In this document: positions 19,060 through 29,308 of the stretch, piece after piece
Layout: the number at the start of each line of letters is the position of its first letter
Position numbering within the stretch: the first letter of the stretch is position 1
NCBI RefSeq assembly: GCF_004353825.1
Contig: NZ_SMNA01000004.1
Span: 434,001-498,000, forward strand
Direction: 5' to 3'
DNA length: 64,000 nucleotides
DNA from: Occultella glacieicola
GTDB taxonomy: Bacteria > Actinomycetota > Actinomycetes > Actinomycetales > Beutenbergiaceae
Notes under the pieces: model-generated
What the model saw: only the letters and a program-made list of their open reading frames with translations
What the model was told of the DNA's origin: nothing
Database searches by the model: none
Made by a program: the position numbers and the translations under genes

Positions 19060-19122
19060 GAGGCCGCAGCACACGGGGATGCCGGCACGGTGTGCGGCTC
19101 ATCCGCGTGGGTGTACCGGACC

Positions 19123-19491
19123 TCATGGGGTCGGCAGAGGGCGGTCGGCCTGCGCTGACCTCAAGCCGGCGCGGGTCTGCGCGTGGCGCAGGAGGAAAGC
19201 CCGCTCGTCGAGCTTCTTGCGTCGCAGCCAGGAGACGACCTCGGAGTTGCACTTGCTGGCGTTGCAGGGCCCGCACGCCGGCACCACGTTGTCGGCGGTG
19301 TACCGGCCGCCGCGCGAGATCGGGAGGATGCAGTCCCGCTGGAGCGGGCGGTCGGTCGCACCGCAGTAGGCGCAGCCGCCCCACGCGGCCCGCAGGGCAT
19401 CCCATTGCAGCTCGGTGAGGTCGTTGTCGACCCGAGCGAGGCGGCGCCGTCGGCGGCGGGCGTACCGCAGCCGGCGGGTTGTGCTGGCCAT
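19123..19491 (-). CDS. Small HNH endonuclease-family protein
   Basis: CAYCG...DCILPISRGG...NVVPACGPCNASK. Confidence 0.85.
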   Translation of the reverse strand: MASTTRRLRYARRRRRRLARVDNDLTELQWDALRAAWGGCAYCGATDRPLQRDCILPISRGGRYTADNVVPACGPCNASKCNSEVVSWLRRKKLDERAFLLRHAQTRAGLRSAQADRPLPTP

Positions 19492-19626
19492 CCCAGGAGC
19501 CTATGAGTCACGACTCCTTCGAGGCTGACGCCACGCGTGGGCCACCCTGAGGAACTCGGCGGCGACGACCCGGGCGAACCCGACCCCGGGTCGCGCCGGG
19601 GGCCACCGTCATGGCCCATGACGCCA

Positions 19627-19669
19627 ACGGCGGTGGGCGACCGGATGCACCCGGGCCGCCCACCGCCGT
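19627..19669. terminator. GC-rich hairpin downstream of msrA
   Basis: ACGGCGGTGGGCG (19627-19639) pairs perfectly with CGCCCACCGCCGT (19657-19669). Confidence 0.6.
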
Positions 19670-19712
19670 CGTTCACTCCTCAGAAGACGAGGTCAGCACA
19701 CGCGCCACGCGG

Positions 19713-20267
19713 TCAGGCCGGGTTCTCCGCGCGCTTGGGCAGCACCCAGCCGGCCCGCGGGAAGTGGCAGGTGTAGCCGTTCGGGATCTTGACCAGGTAG
19801 TCCTGGTGCTCCGGTTCGGCCTCCCAGAACGGGCCCGCCGGCTCGATCGTGGTGACCGCCTTGCCGGGCCAGAGCCCGGAGGCGTCGACGTCGGCGATCG
19901 TGTCCCGGGCGACCTGCTCCTGCTCCGGGGTGACCGGGAAGATCGCCGACCGGTAGCTGGTGCCGATGTCGTTGCCCTGCCGGTTCAGCGTCGACGGGTC
20001 GTGCACCTGGAAGAAGAACGCCAGGATGTCCCGGTAGGTGGTGCTGGCCGGGTCGAAGACGACCTCGAGGGCCTCGGCGTGGCCGGGGTGATGGCGGTAG
20101 GTGGCGTGGTCGTTCGCACCGCCGGTGTAGCCGACCCGCGTCGCCAGCACGCCCGGCTGGCGGCGGATCAGGTCCTCCATGCCCCAGAAACACCCGCCGG
20201 CCAGCACGGCCGTCTCGGTGCCCGGGGTGCGGGTGATCTGTCCGGTGTCCTGGATTCCGCTGGTCAT
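19713..20267 (-). CDS. msrA: Peptide methionine (S)-sulfoxide reductase
   Basis: [20 protein letters not shown]. Confidence 0.97.
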   Translation of the reverse strand: MTSGIQDTGQITRTPGTETAVLAGGCFWGMEDLIRRQPGVLATRVGYTGGANDHATYRHHPGHAEALEVVFDPASTTYRDILAFFFQVHDPSTLNRQGNDIGTSYRSAIFPVTPEQEQVARDTIADVDASGLWPGKAVTTIEPAGPFWEAEPEHQDYLVKIPNGYTCHFPRAGWVLPKRAENPA

Positions 20268-20740
20268 GATGCGTGCTCCTCTGGGGTGGTGTCGGATGTC
20301 TCGAACAGTGACCGGTACTCGCCGTAGCCCTGCGCCTCGAGCTCGGCGGCCGGGACGAACCGTAGCGCGGCCGAGTTCATGCAGTAGCGCTGCCCGCCCG
20401 CGTCCCGGGGTCCATCATCGAACAGGTGACCCAGGTGGCTGTCCGCTCCGGCGGAGCGCACCTCGGTGCGGGTCATCCACAGGGACCGGTCGGTCTCGGT
20501 GTGCACGGCGTCGGCTGCGATCGGCCGGGTGAAGCTCGGCCATCCGGTGCCGCTGTCGTACTTGTCGGTGGACGAGAACAAGGGCTGGCCGGAGACCACG
20601 TCCACGTAGATGCCGGGCTCGTGGTTGTCCCAGTACTCGTTGTGGAACGCCGGCTCGGTCCCGTCCTTCTGGGTGACGCGGAACTGGCTGCGGGTGAGGC
20701 GGCTGAGGGCCTCGGGGGTCTTGCGGTACTCGTGTGACAC
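20264..20740 (-). CDS. msrB: Peptide methionine (R)-sulfoxide reductase
   Basis: [29 protein letters not shown]. Confidence 0.97.
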   Translation of the reverse strand: MSHEYRKTPEALSRLTRSQFRVTQKDGTEPAFHNEYWDNHEPGIYVDVVSGQPLFSSTDKYDSGTGWPSFTRPIAADAVHTETDRSLWMTRTEVRSAGADSHLGHLFDDGPRDAGGQRYCMNSAALRFVPAAELEAQGYGEYRSLFETSDTTPEEHAS

Positions 20741-20944
20741 GATCTCTCCTCATCTGACGTCGCTGGCTGCGGCGTCACAGGGGTCAACACAGCGGGGTCC
20801 CGTTTTGGTCCCGGGGGCGGCCACGCGCTTCCGCGGAAGCGCCCGTGAACTAGCACCCGGGGCGTTGACCTCGCACCCGGCGGAGGTTCGAGGTCAGTGC
20901 GTCTGGTGCTATCTCGCCGGGGAGGAGGGTGGTCAGGAGAGGGC

Positions 20945-21721
20945 CTACGAGAAGTGGATCCCGCCGTTCAGGTCGAGCACCGTCCCGGTCACGAACGAGG
21001 AGTCGACCCGGGCGAAGTACTCGGCGGCCGCGGCGACATCGTCGGGATACCCGGCCCGCCCGACCGGGATCGACGCGATCGTCTGCTGCTGCGCGGCCGG
21101 CGGCGTGAACGTCTCGTGGAACGGGGTGTCCAGGATCAGGCCGGGCGCGATCGCGTTCACGGTGATCCCCTGCGGGGCAACCTCCTTGGCCAGGGCGCGG
21201 GTGAAGCCGTCGACGGCGGCCTTGGCCGTGGCGTACGGGGCGGAACCGTTGCCGCCGCCGTTGGCGCCGGCGAGGGAGGAGATGTTGATGATCCGCCCGC
21301 CCTCGCCCAGGTGGCGCAGCGCGGCCCGGCTCACGTAGAACGCCGAGGAGACGTTCACCCGCCAGACGGTGTCCCAGTGCACGTCGGAGGTCTCCGCGAT
21401 CGGGTGCCGCCCGACGAGCCCGCCGGAGTTGTTCACGAGCACGTCCAGTCCGCCGAGGCGTTCGGCCAGGGCCCCGACGGCGGAGGTCACCTGGGTGCTG
21501 TCCGTCGCGTCGAAGCGCAGGCCGGTCACGTCCAGGCCCTCGCCGGCGAGGGTGGCGACGACCTCGTCCGCCGAACGGGAGTGGGTGGTGAGTGCGACGT
21601 TCGCGCCGGCCGCCGCGAACCGGCGGACGATGCCGAGCCCGATGCCGACGCCACCCCCGGTGACGATCACGCGCCGGCCCTCGAGCGTACGGGGCGGATC
21701 TGCGGTCGTGGCGTTGGTCAT
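20945..21721 (-). CDS. SDR-family oxidoreductase (intact paralog of the 8167-10213 pseudogene)
   Basis: TGGGVGIG, NNSGG, catalytic YATAK, VNAIAPG. Confidence 0.92.
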   Translation of the reverse strand: MTNATTADPPRTLEGRRVIVTGGGVGIGLGIVRRFAAAGANVALTTHSRSADEVVATLAGEGLDVTGLRFDATDSTQVTSAVGALAERLGGLDVLVNNSGGLVGRHPIAETSDVHWDTVWRVNVSSAFYVSRAALRHLGEGGRIINISSLAGANGGGNGSAPYATAKAAVDGFTRALAKEVAPQGITVNAIAPGLILDTPFHETFTPPAAQQQTIASIPVGRAGYPDDVAAAAEYFARVDSSFVTGTVLDLNGGIHFS

Positions 21722-21994
21722 CGGTGCGGCCTCTCCTGGGTGCGCGGGTGGGAACCGGGCCGTGCCGGCCATGCCGGCCGCACCCGCAGGCCGGGGTGCG
21801 CAACTCGACCCGCCACGAACACTACGGGCAGGACCGATGCCTCCCCGCGGCCGCCCCCTGGACGACCACCTGCCGGACCCGCCCCGCCATGGTGCGCGGC
21901 GCCGTCGGGCAGTTCTCCCCGGACCCGAGGTGGTCCGGCCCCGGGCCCCGCGGTTACCGTGGACCGATCGGACCACGCGAGGGAGTGAGCACGG

Positions 21995-22306
21995 ATGGGT
22001 GAGTTCTACGTCGAGCACCAGGCGGTGCGGACCTTCGGCACCACCATCGGCAAGGACGGCCTCGGCGGCGACGCCGGCGAGGCGAAGACCTACCACAGCA
22101 CCTGGGCCGAGATCCCGGCGGACGCCGGCACCGGGATCTTCGCGAACTTCCGTGGGATCGCCACCGACGCGTTCAGCAGCGCGGACTCCGCGATCGGGCA
22201 CCTGAAGCGGATCCTGAACGCCTCGGGCACGGAACTGGAATCGGCGGCCGACATGTACCAGACCACCGACGAGCAGTCCGCGGCCGACCTGGACGCGCAG
22301 TACTGA
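21995..22306 (+). CDS. Type VII secretion target-like small helical protein
   Basis: 103 aa with a C-terminal YxxxD signal (YQTTD). Confidence 0.65.
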   Translation: MGEFYVEHQAVRTFGTTIGKDGLGGDAGEAKTYHSTWAEIPADAGTGIFANFRGIATDAFSSADSAIGHLKRILNASGTELESAADMYQTTDEQSAADLDAQY

Positions 22307-22321
22307 GACCCGGAGCACCCC

Positions 22322-23041
22322 ATGGCTGACACGACCCACGTCCTGACGATCCCCTCCGACAAGGCGGTGATCCCACCGCTGGCCGACTTCGTGATCTCCT
22401 CGATGGGCACGATCCTGAGCCCGACCACCTGGGTGCGCACGGTGATCAGCTGGGTGTTCAACTGGGACCCGCTCACCGAGGTGATGAAGGTGTTCGCCGG
22501 CGACTGGAACGCCGTGGCCCAGGCCGGCCGTGCCTACGAGATGCTCGGGGAGTGGGCGGACCTCGTCGAGGAGGAGGTCGGCGTCGCGACCACGAAGGTC
22601 CAGGCGGACTGGGAGGGCAACGCCGCCGACGCCGCGAGCACCTACATGACCGGCACGCTCGCCCCGAACGTCACCGCGATGGCCGCGGCGTTCAAGGACA
22701 TCGGCGGCGAGTACTCCGCGGTCGCCGTCGGCATGCACCGCACCGCACAGCTCGGCAACACGGCGTTCAACACCGTGTGCGACTGGCTGATCTACACCGC
22801 GGCCATCGCGGCCGCGACCGCGGCGTCGTCCTGGACGATCGTCGGCGGGATCGCCGGTGGCGCGGCCACCGCCGCGGCCGTCGCCAAGACGCTGACCGCC
22901 GTCAGCGCCGCGAGCAACGCCCTCACCGCCGGCCAGACGCTCGTCGACAGCGCCGCCGGGATCATCCCCGGCTACCTCGGCGCCCTCGACGGGTTCTCCA
23001 CGATCGACGCACCCGGCGCCTACGACCACCAGGGAGTCTGA
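22322..23041 (+). CDS. WXG100-like type VII secretion substrate
   Basis: DWEGNAADA WXG motif; Ala-rich hydrophobic C-terminal region. Confidence 0.7.
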   Translation: MADTTHVLTIPSDKAVIPPLADFVISSMGTILSPTTWVRTVISWVFNWDPLTEVMKVFAGDWNAVAQAGRAYEMLGEWADLVEEEVGVATTKVQADWEGNAADAASTYMTGTLAPNVTAMAAAFKDIGGEYSAVAVGMHRTAQLGNTAFNTVCDWLIYTAAIAAATAASSWTIVGGIAGGAATAAAVAKTLTAVSAASNALTAGQTLVDSAAGIIPGYLGALDGFSTIDAPGAYDHQGV

Positions 23042-23045
23042 GCAG

Positions 23046-23408
23046 ATGAGCATCTTCGGACAAGCGCCCGACGGCGACGCGGACGAGACCAAGCCCATGC
23101 TGGACTCGATCGTCCCCGGCTCGGAGGCGGACAAGCAGCTGCGCGAGGCCATGGAGACCCTGCGCGAACAGGCCACGGACGATGAGACCCGGCGGCTGTT
23201 CACCGACATCATCGAGGGCCGCCGGTCCGCGCGGGACCTGGTGGAATCGCCCGGGTTCGCGGCCATGGCCGAGGAAGGTGTGCGCCAGTACCAGGAGCAG
23301 GTCGCCGCGATGACCGACGAGGAGCGGGCCGAGCTCGAGCGGCAGGCCGCAGCCACGGACCTGGACGCGCCGGCGGGGGAGTCCGGGTCCCGCGACCACC
23401 TGCCGTAG
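23046..23408 (+). CDS. Hypothetical acidic helical protein in the WXG operon
   Basis: GGAG RBS, typical codon usage, follows the WXG gene closely. Confidence 0.6.
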   Translation: MSIFGQAPDGDADETKPMLDSIVPGSEADKQLREAMETLREQATDDETRRLFTDIIEGRRSARDLVESPGFAAMAEEGVRQYQEQVAAMTDEERAELERQAAATDLDAPAGESGSRDHLP

Positions 23409-23422
23409 GGCCCGAGTACCGC

Positions 23423-23460
23423 CGGCGGGGGCGGCCGGACCTACCCGGCCGCCCCCGCCG
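23423..23460. terminator. Hairpin between convergent genes, probable bidirectional terminator
   Basis: Perfect 16-bp stem CGGCGGGGGCGGCCGG / CCGGCCGCCCCCGCCG with a 6-nt loop. Confidence 0.75.
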
Positions 23461-23474
23461 TCGGGCCCTGCTGG

Positions 23475-24263
23475 TCAGACCACGGCGGGCGGCACCCGAA
23501 CCTCACGGCTGGCGCTCAGCCACCCGAGCAGCCGGTCCGGGCGGTCGGTGATGATGCCGTCCACGCCCCAGTCCAGCGCCCGCGCCCACTCCGGCCCGTC
23601 GTTCAGGGTCCAGGCGAACACGCTCATCCCGGCGTCGTGGAGGCGCCCGACCAGGCCCGGGTCGGCGAACAGCACCTCGTGGCTCGGGTTGCACCCGGCC
23701 ACCCCCAGCTCGGCGCAGAACGGCAGCAGGTCGGGGTTGCTCGCCGCCTCCCTGCCCACCAGGAGCTCACGCCGCAGGCTCGGCGCGACCTGCGCCAGGG
23801 ACCGCAGCGTCTGCGGCCAGAACGTCTGCGCGATCGTGCGGCCGGCGATCCCGGCCTCCTCGAGCACGGCGACGATTCCGGCCGCCTGCGCCGGGGTGTA
23901 GTCGCCCTTGAGCTCCATGAGCAGGTCGGTGCCCGGATGCTCGGCGACGAACGTGGCCACGTCGGCGAGCAACGGGACCCGCTGGGAGGCGAACGTCGGC
24001 GAGAACCAGGATCCGCCGTCGAGCAGGGCGGCCTGCTCGGCGAGCAGCGCGGCGACCGGGCCGGCCGCGTCCGTGGTGGCGTCCACGGTCTCGTCGTGGA
24101 TGACCACGCCGACATCGTCGCGGCTGAGCCGCACGTCGATCTCGACGAGGTCGGCCCCGGACCGCCACGCACCCTCGACCGCCGCCATGGTGTTCGGCGG
24201 GGCCATCGCGGTGTTCCCGCGGTGGGCGATGACGAGCGGCCCGGAGCCGCGGGAACTGCTCAC
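23475..24263 (-). CDS. Glycerophosphodiester phosphodiesterase
   Basis: IAHRG, EIDVRLSRD, IHDETVD, MELK, GIITDRP. Confidence 0.92.
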   Translation of the reverse strand: MSSSRGSGPLVIAHRGNTAMAPPNTMAAVEGAWRSGADLVEIDVRLSRDDVGVVIHDETVDATTDAAGPVAALLAEQAALLDGGSWFSPTFASQRVPLLADVATFVAEHPGTDLLMELKGDYTPAQAAGIVAVLEEAGIAGRTIAQTFWPQTLRSLAQVAPSLRRELLVGREAASNPDLLPFCAELGVAGCNPSHEVLFADPGLVGRLHDAGMSVFAWTLNDGPEWARALDWGVDGIITDRPDRLLGWLSASREVRVPPAVV

Positions 24264-25639
24264 AGGTAGGGCTCCACGTTGTCCTCGAACGCGACGTCCA
24301 GCTTCGAGGTGACGTCCGGGAACACGTCCTCGGGGTTGGCGCCGGCCAGCACCAGTTCCTCGATGCCGTCGGTGATGATCTGGTCGCCGCCGGGGGTGAA
24401 CACCCGGACCCAGTCCTGGACCCGGGTCTTCTGCTGCAGCTGGTCCACCGAGGTGCGGAACTGCGGGGTCTCGGAGTACACGGCGGCCATGATGTCGCCC
24501 TCGACCGCGGAGGTGCGCACCGGCATGTACCCGGTGGACTGGGAGAACAGGGCGGTGTTGTCCGTCTCGGTGAGGAACTTCAGGAACATCGCGGCGGCGA
24601 GCTGCTGCTCCGGGGTCCGGGTGGACGGGATGGCCAGCCCGGTGCCACCGGTGGGCACGTTCGGGACGTCGACCGGGCCGTTCGGCAGGAACGCGGTGCC
24701 GAGCTCGAACGGGGCCGCGTCCAGGTGGCCCTTCAGGGAGCCGGTCGACCCGATCAGGCAGGCGAAGATGCCGGCCTGGAAGTCCGCGTTCGTGTCCGAG
24801 CCGAGGCCCGCGAACGCGGTCTCCCCGTTGTACATGTCCCGGACGAACGCGCCGGCGGTCAGCGCCTCCTCGGTGTCGAGGGTGACCGTCCACTCCTCGC
24901 TCATGTTGCCGCCGAGGCCCCAGATCACGTTGGAGAACCACCAGCCGGCCCAGGACGGACCGATGCCGAGGCCGAGCGCCTGCCCGTCCGCGGGCACCTG
25001 GGCCTGCAGTGCGGGCGCCCACTCCTGCAACTCGGCCCAGGTCTCGGGGCCGCGGTCCGGCAGTCCGGCCGCCGTCCAGATGTCCTTGTTGTAGTAGAAG
25101 AGCGGCGTGGAGCGGGCATACGGGGCCGCGTAGTGCTTGCCCTCGTACTCGTAGTCGCTGTAGAGCGTCTCGACGTAGTCGTCGGTGTCCACCTCGAGGT
25201 GGGCGAAGACGTCGTCGATGGCCATGATCTGGCCGTTGACGAAGTACCGGAACCACCACACGTCCGAGGCGATGACCAGGTCCGGGAGGTCGTCGGTGCC
25301 GGAGGCAGCCTGGAACCGCTGCGCGATCTCGTCGTAGTTCGCGCCCGCGGTGACGTGGTTGATCTTGATGTCCGGGTATTCCTCGTTGAAGGCCGCGATG
25401 TAGGACTCCTCGAGCTCCTTCGTGTTCCCCGGGTGGTTGGACCACCAGGTGATCTCCGTGGCCGGCTCGATGGAGGCCCAGTCGATGGCGTCGCCCTCCT
25501 CCTCACCGGCGCCGCCACCGCCGCCGACGGACGGGCCGCTGCAGGCGGCGGCGAGCCCACCGGCGGCGCCGATGCCGCCGAGCTGCAGGAGCGTGCGACG
25601 GGAGGGGGTCCACAGCGGTGTGGTGCGACGTGACGTCAT
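24260..25639 (-). CDS. UgpB-like ABC solute-binding lipoprotein (Tat signal)
   Basis: SRRTLL plus AAAC; RSTPLFYYNKD, TGYMPVR. Confidence 0.9.
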   Translation of the reverse strand: MTSRRTTPLWTPSRRTLLQLGGIGAAGGLAAACSGPSVGGGGGAGEEEGDAIDWASIEPATEITWWSNHPGNTKELEESYIAAFNEEYPDIKINHVTAGANYDEIAQRFQAASGTDDLPDLVIASDVWWFRYFVNGQIMAIDDVFAHLEVDTDDYVETLYSDYEYEGKHYAAPYARSTPLFYYNKDIWTAAGLPDRGPETWAELQEWAPALQAQVPADGQALGLGIGPSWAGWWFSNVIWGLGGNMSEEWTVTLDTEEALTAGAFVRDMYNGETAFAGLGSDTNADFQAGIFACLIGSTGSLKGHLDAAPFELGTAFLPNGPVDVPNVPTGGTGLAIPSTRTPEQQLAAAMFLKFLTETDNTALFSQSTGYMPVRTSAVEGDIMAAVYSETPQFRTSVDQLQQKTRVQDWVRVFTPGGDQIITDGIEELVLAGANPEDVFPDVTSKLDVAFEDNVEPYL

Positions 25640-25696
25640 GGTGTGTTCCTTCGTTGATTCGTGTGTTGGTTCGGGGGACGTGCGAGTTGGCCGGCG

Positions 25697-26596
25697 TCAG
25701 CCGGTGACGGCGCCGGCGGTGAGGCCGGAGACCAAGCGGCGCTGCAGGACCAGGAAGATGAGCAGCATCGGGGTGGTGACGACCACCGTCGCGGCCATGA
25801 GCACGCCCCAGTTCTGCAGCCCGTCCAGGCTCTGCAGCAGGGTCAGCCCGACCGGCAGGGTCATCGTGTCCGTGTTGTCGGTGACGAGCATCGGCCACAG
25901 GTAGTCGTTCCACTCCGCGACCAGCGAGATCAGCCCGACCGCCGCGATCGTGGGCACCGACATCGGGACCACGAACCGCCAGAGCCGGCGCCAGTGCCCG
26001 GCCCCGTCCATCTGGGCCGCCTCGAGCACCGAGATCGGCAGGGACAGGAAGTGCTGACGGAACAGGAACGTGCCGAACGCGCTCGCCAGGCCCGGGACCA
26101 GGATCCCCTGGTAGGTGTTCAGCCAGCCGAGCGAGGCGATCAGGGTGTAGTTCGGGATGATCGTGATCTGCGACGGGATCAGCAGCGCGAAGATCACCAC
26201 GATGAACGCGACCTTCCGGAACGGCACGTCGATGAACACCAGTGCGTAGGCGCAGGTGAGGCCGAGGAAGACCTTCAGCCCGGCCCCGGCGATGGTCAGG
26301 AAGACGCTGTTGAGGAACATCCGCCCGATCGGGATCGACGTGGCGACCTGCTCGTAGTTGGCCCAGTCGAACGCCTCCGGCAGCCACTGCAGCGGCACGG
26401 AGTAGATCTCGCCCGACTCCTTGAAACTGGCCAGGAACATCCAGATCAGCGGCACGGACATGACCAGGATCGCGGCGATCAGGGTCAGGTACAGCCCGGC
26501 GTCCAGATGGGCACGGAACGGTCGACGGCGGCCCTTGGGCTGGTCGTTGCGGCCGGCGGTCTGCGCCTCCACGCGTTCGTCCACTGTGGTGCTCAT
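25697..26596 (-). CDS. UgpE-like ABC permease
   Basis: AFGTFLFRQHF, EAAQMDGA, EWNDYLWP. Confidence 0.9.
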   Translation of the reverse strand: MSTTVDERVEAQTAGRNDQPKGRRRPFRAHLDAGLYLTLIAAILVMSVPLIWMFLASFKESGEIYSVPLQWLPEAFDWANYEQVATSIPIGRMFLNSVFLTIAGAGLKVFLGLTCAYALVFIDVPFRKVAFIVVIFALLIPSQITIIPNYTLIASLGWLNTYQGILVPGLASAFGTFLFRQHFLSLPISVLEAAQMDGAGHWRRLWRFVVPMSVPTIAAVGLISLVAEWNDYLWPMLVTDNTDTMTLPVGLTLLQSLDGLQNWGVLMAATVVVTTPMLLIFLVLQRRLVSGLTAGAVTG

Positions 26597-27546
26597 GCGT
26601 AGTGGACCTTTCGTTCCATGAACTTCAGTTGGATGGCCGTGATCACCAGCAGGATCACGAACAGGATGGTCGCGGCCGCCGAGGCGAATCCGGCGCGGCC
26701 GGTCTGGAAGCCCTCGACGTAGATCTGGTACATCAGCGTGGTCGTGGAGCCGAGCGGTCCGCCGTCGGTCATGGCCTTGATCAGGTCGAACGACTGCAGC
26801 GAGCTGAGGATCGTGGTGATCAACAGGAAGAAGGTCACCGGGCCGAGCAGCGGCAGCACGATCGAGGCGAACGTGCGGGTCTTGCCGGCGCCGTCCAGCG
26901 CGGCGGCGTCGTGCAGGTCCTGTGGCACGCCCTGCAGCCCGGCCAGGTAGATCAGGGCGACGTACCCGACGTGCTTCCACAGGTAGACGATGATGATCAT
27001 GATCAGCGCCCACGGCGACGTGGTGTACCACTGGGGCGAGCTGAGGCCGACGGCCTCGAGCAGCGTGGACAGCAGGCCGTAGCGCGGGTCGAAGATGTAC
27101 AGCCAGAGCATGCCGACCGCGATCCCGGAGAGCACGTACGGGGCGAAGGCCACGGTGCGGGCGATGCCCCGGCCGAACAGCTTCTTGTTCAGCAGCAGTG
27201 CCAGGCCGAGACCGAGTACCAGGGAGCCACCCACGGTGGTCACCGCGAAGATCGCGGTGGTCCCCATCACCTGCGGGGTGTCCGGGTCGGTGAACCAGCG
27301 GACGTAGTTCTCGAAGCCGATGAACCGGGCCACGCTCGAGCCCATGTTCCACTGCAGCATCGAGTAGTAGAAGCTCAGCAGCAGGGGCCGGTACACGAAG
27401 ATCAGCAGCAGCGCGATGTTCGGCCCGGCGAGCAGGGCGAAGAAGCCGAGGTTGCGCAGCCGCTTGCGGCGCCGGGCGGCGCGGCGCTGCGCCTCGTGCG
27501 GGTGGGTCGGCGCGAGCGTGGCCGGCGTGGCGGTCGACGCCGTCAT
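26593..27546 (-). CDS. UgpA-like ABC permease
   Basis: FIGFENY, DAAALDGA, GGPLGST. Confidence 0.9.
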   Translation of the reverse strand: MTASTATPATLAPTHPHEAQRRAARRRKRLRNLGFFALLAGPNIALLLIFVYRPLLLSFYYSMLQWNMGSSVARFIGFENYVRWFTDPDTPQVMGTTAIFAVTTVGGSLVLGLGLALLLNKKLFGRGIARTVAFAPYVLSGIAVGMLWLYIFDPRYGLLSTLLEAVGLSSPQWYTTSPWALIMIIIVYLWKHVGYVALIYLAGLQGVPQDLHDAAALDGAGKTRTFASIVLPLLGPVTFFLLITTILSSLQSFDLIKAMTDGGPLGSTTTLMYQIYVEGFQTGRAGFASAAATILFVILLVITAIQLKFMERKVHYA

Positions 27547-27843
27547 CGCCGGTCCGCCGGTCGGGTGCGGCCACGGGGGGTCGTGGGGTCGGTCATGTCA
27601 CTGTCGCTCCTTCGGGACACACAACGAAAGACCGCCCCCCTGGCGGCCTGACAAGCCTTCGCACGATAGCGCCGGGACCGGAGCCGTGTCGAACGAACAT
27701 GAGCGACATGCCGAGAAAAGTGCCATTCTCAATCATTCGGTGCGCGTTCGGTCATTGTTCACTCGCCGGGCGACTCCGGTACCTAGGCTTGACGGACCGG
27801 CACGCCGCCCCGGGTGTGCCGGAGGGATCGATGTGGGATTGAT

Positions 27844-28644
27844 GTGAGACAGCAGGCACGCCTGGACCAGATCCTCGCGACGATCAGCAGCCAGGATCGG
27901 ATCAGTGTCGAGCAGATCGCGGATCTCTCCGGCACCTCGCTGGCGACCGCCCGCCGGGACCTCTCCGTGCTCACCGCCCGTGGCCTGGTCACTCGCACGC
28001 ACGGCGGCGCCGTCGCCGTCGCGAGCGGGTACGAGCTGCCGATGGCCTACCGGCTCGCGCGCAACGCCCCCGCCAAGCGGGCCATCGGTGCCGCGGCCGC
28101 AGCCCTGGTCGCCGCGGGCGACGTGGTCGGCCTGACCGGCGGCACCACGACCTCAGAACTGGGCCGCGCCCTGGCCGCCCGGCCGGACCTGGTGCCGCGG
28201 GTGGGCACCGGCGTCACCGTGATGACGAACGCCCTGAACATCGCCTACGAACTGGCGATCCGGCCGCACGTGAAACTGGTGATGACCGGTGGCGTGGCCC
28301 GGCCCCAGACGTTCGAGCTGGTCGGGCCGATCGCCGCCGACACCCTCTCCGACGTCGTCATCGACATCGCGTTCATCGGCGTGGACGGGCTCGACGCCTC
28401 CCGCGGCGCGACCACCACGGACGAGGCCGAGGCGGACGTGAACCACCGGATGCTCGGCGCCGCGCGCCGCGTGGTGGTGGTGGCCGACGCCACCAAGTTC
28501 GACCACGCGGCGTTCGCGCGGACCTGCACGCTCACGGAGATCCACACGCTCGTCACCGACGCCGCGCCACCGGAGCGCCTCGCCGAGGCGCTGGCGAATG
28601 CCGACGTCGAGGTGATCGTCAGCCCGCCGCAGAGCCGCGGCTGA
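27844..28644 (+). CDS. DeoR/GlpR-family regulator
   Basis: SLATARRDL..RTHGGA, GGTTT, ADATKF; divergent from the ugp-like operon. Confidence 0.92.
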   Translation: MRQQARLDQILATISSQDRISVEQIADLSGTSLATARRDLSVLTARGLVTRTHGGAVAVASGYELPMAYRLARNAPAKRAIGAAAAALVAAGDVVGLTGGTTTSELGRALAARPDLVPRVGTGVTVMTNALNIAYELAIRPHVKLVMTGGVARPQTFELVGPIAADTLSDVVIDIAFIGVDGLDASRGATTTDEAEADVNHRMLGAARRVVVVADATKFDHAAFARTCTLTEIHTLVTDAAPPERLAEALANADVEVIVSPPQSRG

Positions 28645-28738
28645 CCGCCCCGAGAGGGCGGTTCTGCGGCGCACGCGCCGGATCGGCCGCACGATGACAC
28701 CGTCGTGATCGCACGCCGCATCAAGGGAGAGCAACGAG

Positions 28739-29308
28739 ATGAGACCACTTCGATACTCGATCAACGTCACGCTCGACGGCTGCTGCCATCATGAGGCAGG
28801 CCTCCCCCCGGACGAGGACTCGATGCGCTACTGGACCGCGGAGATGGAGCGAGCCGATGCCCTGCTGTTCGGCCGGGTGACGTATCAGATGATGGAGGCG
28901 GCGTGGCGGAAACCGGCCACGGGCACGTGGCCGGACTGGATGGATGAGTGGCAGACCCCGTTCGCCGAGACCATCGACCGGGCCAAGAAGTACGTCGTGT
29001 CGAGCACGCTGAACGGGGTCGACTGGAACGCCGAGCAGGTGCGAGGCGACCTGGGGCACGCGGTCCAGCGGCTCAAGCAGGAGCCGGGCGAGGGCCTGTG
29101 GGTCGGTGGCGTGACGCTGCCCCTGGCGTTGGCAGATCTGGGACTGATCGACGAGTATGAGTTCCTTGTGCAGCCGGTCCTGGCCGGCCACGGGCCGACG
29201 TTGCTCGCCGGCCTACGAGAGCGCATCCAGCTCGAGCTCGTGGACCGCCACGAGTTCCGGTCGGGTGTCCTCGCCCTGCGATACCGACCCATGCGAGGGG
29301 ATTCGTGA
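28739..29308 (+). CDS. Dihydrofolate reductase/RibD C-terminal family protein
   Basis: INVTLDG, LLFGRVTY, KYVVSSTL, GLIDEY. Confidence 0.9.
   Translation: MRPLRYSINVTLDGCCHHEAGLPPDEDSMRYWTAEMERADALLFGRVTYQMMEAAWRKPATGTWPDWMDEWQTPFAETIDRAKKYVVSSTLNGVDWNAEQVRGDLGHAVQRLKQEPGEGLWVGGVTLPLALADLGLIDEYEFLVQPVLAGHGPTLLAGLRERIQLELVDRHEFRSGVLALRYRPMRGDS

Noticed and set aside
20945..23356. 803-aa SDR, and similar long N-terminal extensions of track ORFs (e.g. 41395-44952, 36764-39265, 23475-25445)
   Set aside because: High-GC shadow frames overlapping real genes. True starts were chosen from RBS, stop/start overlaps and domain boundaries.
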